From positions 22,219 to 86,218 of the forward strand of contig CANHVU010000013.1 of NCBI GenBank assembly GCA_947464275.1: a stretch of DNA of 64,000 nucleotides, in the 5' to 3' direction. The position numbers were made by a program, and so were the translations under genes. The stretch is from Bacteroidota bacterium (GTDB lineage: Bacteria; Bacteroidota; Bacteroidia; UKL13-3). Below are positions 60,605 to 64,000 of the stretch, one piece after another; positions within the stretch are counted from its first letter, which is position 1; every line of letters begins with the position of its first letter. The notes below the pieces were generated by a model that ran no database searches, was not told the origin of the DNA, and was given only the letters and a program-made list of their open reading frames with translations.

Positions 60605-62389
60605 TTAGCCTAATTTAGCGGCTTTTCTTACCATTTTCAATTCTTTATCGGTTAACTCGCGCCATTCGCCACGCTTTAACTTCGATTTGGTTAAACCTGC
60701 ATAAGCTACTCTATCTAGTTTATCAACCAAATAACCCATGTGTTCAAACATTCTATGTACAATTCTATTACGTCCGCTATGAATCTCAACTCCAATTACG
60801 TCTTTTCTTTCTTCTTCAGAATAGGCTACAGCATCCGGTCTAATTGGGCCATCTTCAAGTTCTACTCCGCTTGCCAATTGCCACATATCGTTTTTGGTTA
60901 ATGGCTTGTTTAAAGTAGCTACATACACTTTTTCTACTTCAAACTTTGGATGTGTTAAACGTTGCGCCAAATCGCCATCGTTGGTTAAAAGTAATACACC
61001 CGTTGTGTTTCTATCTAATCTACCTACAGCAAAAACACGTTGCGCCAATTTACCTTCTATTAAATCAAAAACAGTGCTTCTACCTTCTGGGTCTTCCATG
61101 GTGGTTATGGCATCTTTAGGTTTATTCATTAAAATATAGATTTTATCTTCTACATTTAATCGTTGACCATTGTATCTAATATCGTCACCAGCTTTTACTT
61201 TGTAGCCCATTTCGGTAATTGCTTTTCCGTTGATGGTTACCAACCCTGCTTCAATTAAGGTATCAGCCTCTCTGCGGCTACAAATTCCGGCATTAGAAAT
61301 AAAACGATTCAGCCTTATTTCACCAAAGTTTAAATCCTCTTCGGCCGATTTTTTATTAACGCCTTTGTTTTTTTCTTCAACTAACTGCCTTTTTCTAACA
61401 GTTTTAAATTCGGCACTTTTCATTGGGGTTTTATTTCTGAACGATTTTGCATCTTCCGAAATTCCCTTTTTGTTAAATGTTTCCTTACTCGTTATATTAT
61501 CGGGTTTAGGCTGATAAGTTCTTACTATTTCCTCAAATTCTTCTTGCTCGGTGCGAGGCTTGGTGCCTTTTCTCAATGCAGAAGCTTTCTTTTCAAATCG
61601 GCCATTAGCAGGTTTATCTTTGCTAAATGAGCGACTATTTCCTGTTTTAGGTTTATCTGCAAATTTATCCTCACCAAACGATTTCTTTTTATCGTATGGT
61701 TTTTTATCGAAACCTTCTTTACTAAAACTTCCGCGTGTACTTGGCTTGCGTGGACTATCTGAAAACTTGTCTTCACCAAACGATTTCTTTTTATCGTATG
61801 GTTTTTTATCAAATCCTTCTTTGCTAAAACTTCCGCGTGTGCTTGGCTTGCGTGGACTATCTGAAAACTTGTCTTCACCAAACGATTTCTTTTTATCGTA
61901 TGGTTTTTTATCAAATCCATCTTTGCTAAAACTTCCGCGTGCGCTTGGCTTGCGTGGACTGTCTGAAAACTTGTCTTCACCAAACGATTTCTTTTTATCG
62001 TATGGTTTTTTATCAAATCCATCTTTGCTAAAACTTCCGCGTGCGCTTGGCTTGCGTGGACCGTCTGAAAACTTGTCTTCACCAAATGATTTCTTTTTGT
62101 CGTATGGTTTTTTGTCAAAACCGTCTTTGCTAAAACTTCCGCGTGTACTAGGTTTACGAGGGCTATCCGAAAACTTATCCTCACCAAACGATTTCTTTTT
62201 ATACGAAGGTTTATCATCGGCAAATTTTCCTTTACTTTCAAAAGGTTTTTTGCTTCCAAAACTTCCTGATTTACTGTAACTTGAATTGCTTTTTACCGAA
62301 CCGCTTCCTCCTCTTGATGTTGTTTTTTTAGCAGTAGGCTTACTTCCCACTCTCGAATCTCTTTTACTGCTATTATCTCTATTTTGCAT
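60605..62389 (-). CDS. rluB: RluB/RsuA-family rRNA pseudouridine synthase with a long repetitive basic N-terminus
   Basis: RLNRFISNAGICSRREAD S4 domain, MNKPK, VGRLDRNTTG, GRNRIVHRMF; ATG 62389 with a TACTTTTG box upstream. Confidence 0.85.
   Translation of the reverse strand: MQNRDNSSKRDSRVGSKPTAKKTTSRGGSGSVKSNSSYSKSGSFGSKKPFESKGKFADDKPSYKKKSFGEDKFSDSPRKPSTRGSFSKDGFDKKPYDKKKSFGEDKFSDGPRKPSARGSFSKDGFDKKPYDKKKSFGEDKFSDSPRKPSARGSFSKDGFDKKPYDKKKSFGEDKFSDSPRKPSTRGSFSKEGFDKKPYDKKKSFGEDKFSDSPRKPSTRGSFSKEGFDKKPYDKKKSFGEDKFADKPKTGNSRSFSKDKPANGRFEKKASALRKGTKPRTEQEEFEEIVRTYQPKPDNITSKETFNKKGISEDAKSFRNKTPMKSAEFKTVRKRQLVEEKNKGVNKKSAEEDLNFGEIRLNRFISNAGICSRREADTLIEAGLVTINGKAITEMGYKVKAGDDIRYNGQRLNVEDKIYILMNKPKDAITTMEDPEGRSTVFDLIEGKLAQRVFAVGRLDRNTTGVLLLTNDGDLAQRLTHPKFEVEKVYVATLNKPLTKNDMWQLASGVELEDGPIRPDAVAYSEEERKDVIGVEIHSGRNRIVHRMFEHMGYLVDKLDRVAYAGLTKSKLKRGEWRELTDKELKMVRKAAKLG
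61663..62203 (-). repeat. 102-bp coding tandem repeat (5 full copies plus a partial)
   Basis: TCACCAAA recurs at 61671, 61773, 61875, 61977, 62079 and 62181; unit KKKSFGEDKFSDSPRKPSTRGSFSKDGFDKKPYD. Confidence 0.95.
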
Positions 62390-62478
62390 ATTATTAAAAA
62401 AATATATTTGCAAAAGTAAGTTTATTTATAATAGTTTTGGCTAAAAGTTATCTTAGCCGCGATTTCAAAAAAATTCAA

Positions 62479-63168
62479 ATGCAAAAAAGTACTTTAAATA
62501 AAATTGGTCAATATGGTTTAAAAACCTGCTATAGCATTCTTGCAGTAGCTTCATTTTACTATCTATGCTGTTTAGTTTTACCTTTAGTTCATGTAAATGC
62601 CGATTATTTATATAAAAATAAAGGTGTTTTAGTTTATGTGGCTGGCGATGGATTGCATAGCGAAATAATTGTTCCAGTAAAAAATGAGGTAACTGACTGG
62701 GAAACAGTTTTTAATAAAGCTGATTTTAATGGTGCTGCCGAAGGCAAACAATGGTTATGTATTGGTTTTACTGAAAAAAACTTTTACCGCACTAACCGCA
62801 GATGGGACGATATGAATTATTTATCGGCTTTTGGTCAACTTTGCGGTTTTGGCGAATCGGTGATGCATGTAAGTTATGAAAACGAGTACCCTTTCGATCG
62901 TAAATTTATTCGCAAAATTTATATAGGCGAAGAACAGTACGCTAAACTTTGCGAATTTATAAAAGGTAGTTTCACCCAAAATAATGGCGAAGCACTAGCA
63001 CCAATAATTAAAACCAATAATTTTAAAAAGGAAGTTATTTACGAAGCTCATAAGGAATTTAGCTTTTTCCATACTTGCAATACTTGGACAAACAATGCTT
63101 TAAAATCGTTTGGATTTAAAACTGGGTATTGGACAGCCTTAGAAGGAGGAATAAGAGAGCAATTTTAA
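62479..63168 (+). CDS. DUF2459 / TIGR02117-like protein
   Basis: GLHSEIIVP, SVMHV, FHTCNTWTNNALK motifs. Confidence 0.75.
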   Translation: MQKSTLNKIGQYGLKTCYSILAVASFYYLCCLVLPLVHVNADYLYKNKGVLVYVAGDGLHSEIIVPVKNEVTDWETVFNKADFNGAAEGKQWLCIGFTEKNFYRTNRRWDDMNYLSAFGQLCGFGESVMHVSYENEYPFDRKFIRKIYIGEEQYAKLCEFIKGSFTQNNGEALAPIIKTNNFKKEVIYEAHKEFSFFHTCNTWTNNALKSFGFKTGYWTALEGGIREQF

Positions 63169-63235
63169 TTGCTCTCTTATTTTTATTTATTATCAAAAAT
63201 TTTCTTTGTTAGTACAAAATCGGATAAGTTTTCAA

Positions 63236-64000
63236 TTACTTACCATCATTATCATAACCCCATTCTTTTAAAAGGTTATTATTATCGCGCCAGCCTTCTT
63301 TTACTTTAACGAAAGTTTGTAAGAACACTTGTTTACCAAAAAACTTTTCTAGGTCTCTACGCGCAGCTATACCCATGTTTTTAATGGCAATTCCCCCCTT
63401 GCCTATCATTATTTGTTTCTGCGAATCGCGCATTACATAAATAATGGCACTTATACGCAATAATTTTTCTTCATCTTTAAACGATTCAATTTCTACTTGA
63501 ACTGAATAAGGAATTTCTTCCTTGTAGCGAAGCAATATTTTTTCACGCAAAATTTCCGAAGCAATAAATCTTTCCGATTTATCAGTTACTTGGTCAGTTT
63601 CGTAAAAAGGTGCTCCTTCGGGCAAATAAGTTAACACACTTTTTAAAAGCATATCAATATTAAATTTATTAGATGCCGAAATAGGAACTACTTCTTTAAA
63701 ATCGACCTGGCTACGCCAAAATTCAATTTTTTTCATCACGCCATCATTATCGCTTTCATCAATTTTATTGATAATGCAAATAAGAGGTGCTTGAATAACC
63801 TTTAAGCGCTCAATTAGCTCAGGTTCTTCGTTTTTTTCATTAAAATCAGTTACAAACATAACCAAGTCAGCATCTTGCAAACTTTCGTTCACAAATTTCA
63901 TCATACTTCCTTGTAATTTATATTTTGGTTCAATAATTCCTGGAGTGTCAGAAAAAACAATTTGATACTCTGGTTGATTATAAATTCCCAAAATTCTATG
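63236..64000 (-). CDS. era: GTPase Era (5' end outside window)
   Basis: DTPG, NKID, ISA, EIPYS, IGKGG KH domain, VKVKEGWR. Confidence 0.95.
   Translation of the reverse strand, partial: HRILGIYNQPEYQIVFSDTPGIIEPKYKLQGSMMKFVNESLQDADLVMFVTDFNEKNEEPELIERLKVIQAPLICIINKIDESDNDGVMKKIEFWRSQVDFKEVVPISASNKFNIDMLLKSVLTYLPEGAPFYETDQVTDKSERFIASEILREKILLRYKEEIPYSVQVEIESFKDEEKLLRISAIIYVMRDSQKQIMIGKGGIAIKNMGIAARRDLEKFFGKQVFLQTFVKVKEGWRDNNNLLKEWGYDNDGK

Noticed and set aside
61663-62203. Possible CRISPR array
   Set aside because: Units are contiguous with no unique spacers, lie in frame in a gene, and no cas genes are present
61551-62279. Long alternative ORFs (242 aa on +, 228 aa on -) over the rluB repeat
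   Set aside because: Shadow frames kept open by a stop-free 102-bp repeat; no independent coding signal

Overview
AT-rich Bacteroidota chromosome segment (TAnnTTTG promoters, T9SS-type secreted proteins). It is mostly housekeeping and metabolic: polA, mrdA-rodA, miaA, gap, phosphoglucomutase, menC, an RluB-like pseudouridine synthase, era, methylmalonyl-CoA mutase, a SulA/CapB-like sulfonolipid enzyme, a tetR-paaABCD phenylacetyl-CoA epoxidase operon, an SLC5-histidine kinase locus and three large secreted multidomain proteins. No rRNA, tRNA, CRISPR array or intact transposase was seen. Two non-obvious systems stand out. (1) All three paaA-B-C-D spacers carry related 8/16-nt-periodic inverted-repeat arms. 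One pair encloses a frameshifted four-helix-bundle (IVS-type) gene and two pairs are empty. Short 7-8-nt tandem tracts also occur at gene edges and in frame inside polA and a signal peptide. (2) At 50.26-51.78 kb, two ~264-bp direct copies of a REP-bounded element containing only the 5' end of a RAYT-like tyrosine transposase alternate with small orphan membrane genes and further REP-like palindromes, like a cassette array. All calls come from reading the sequence by eye; no database searches were run.
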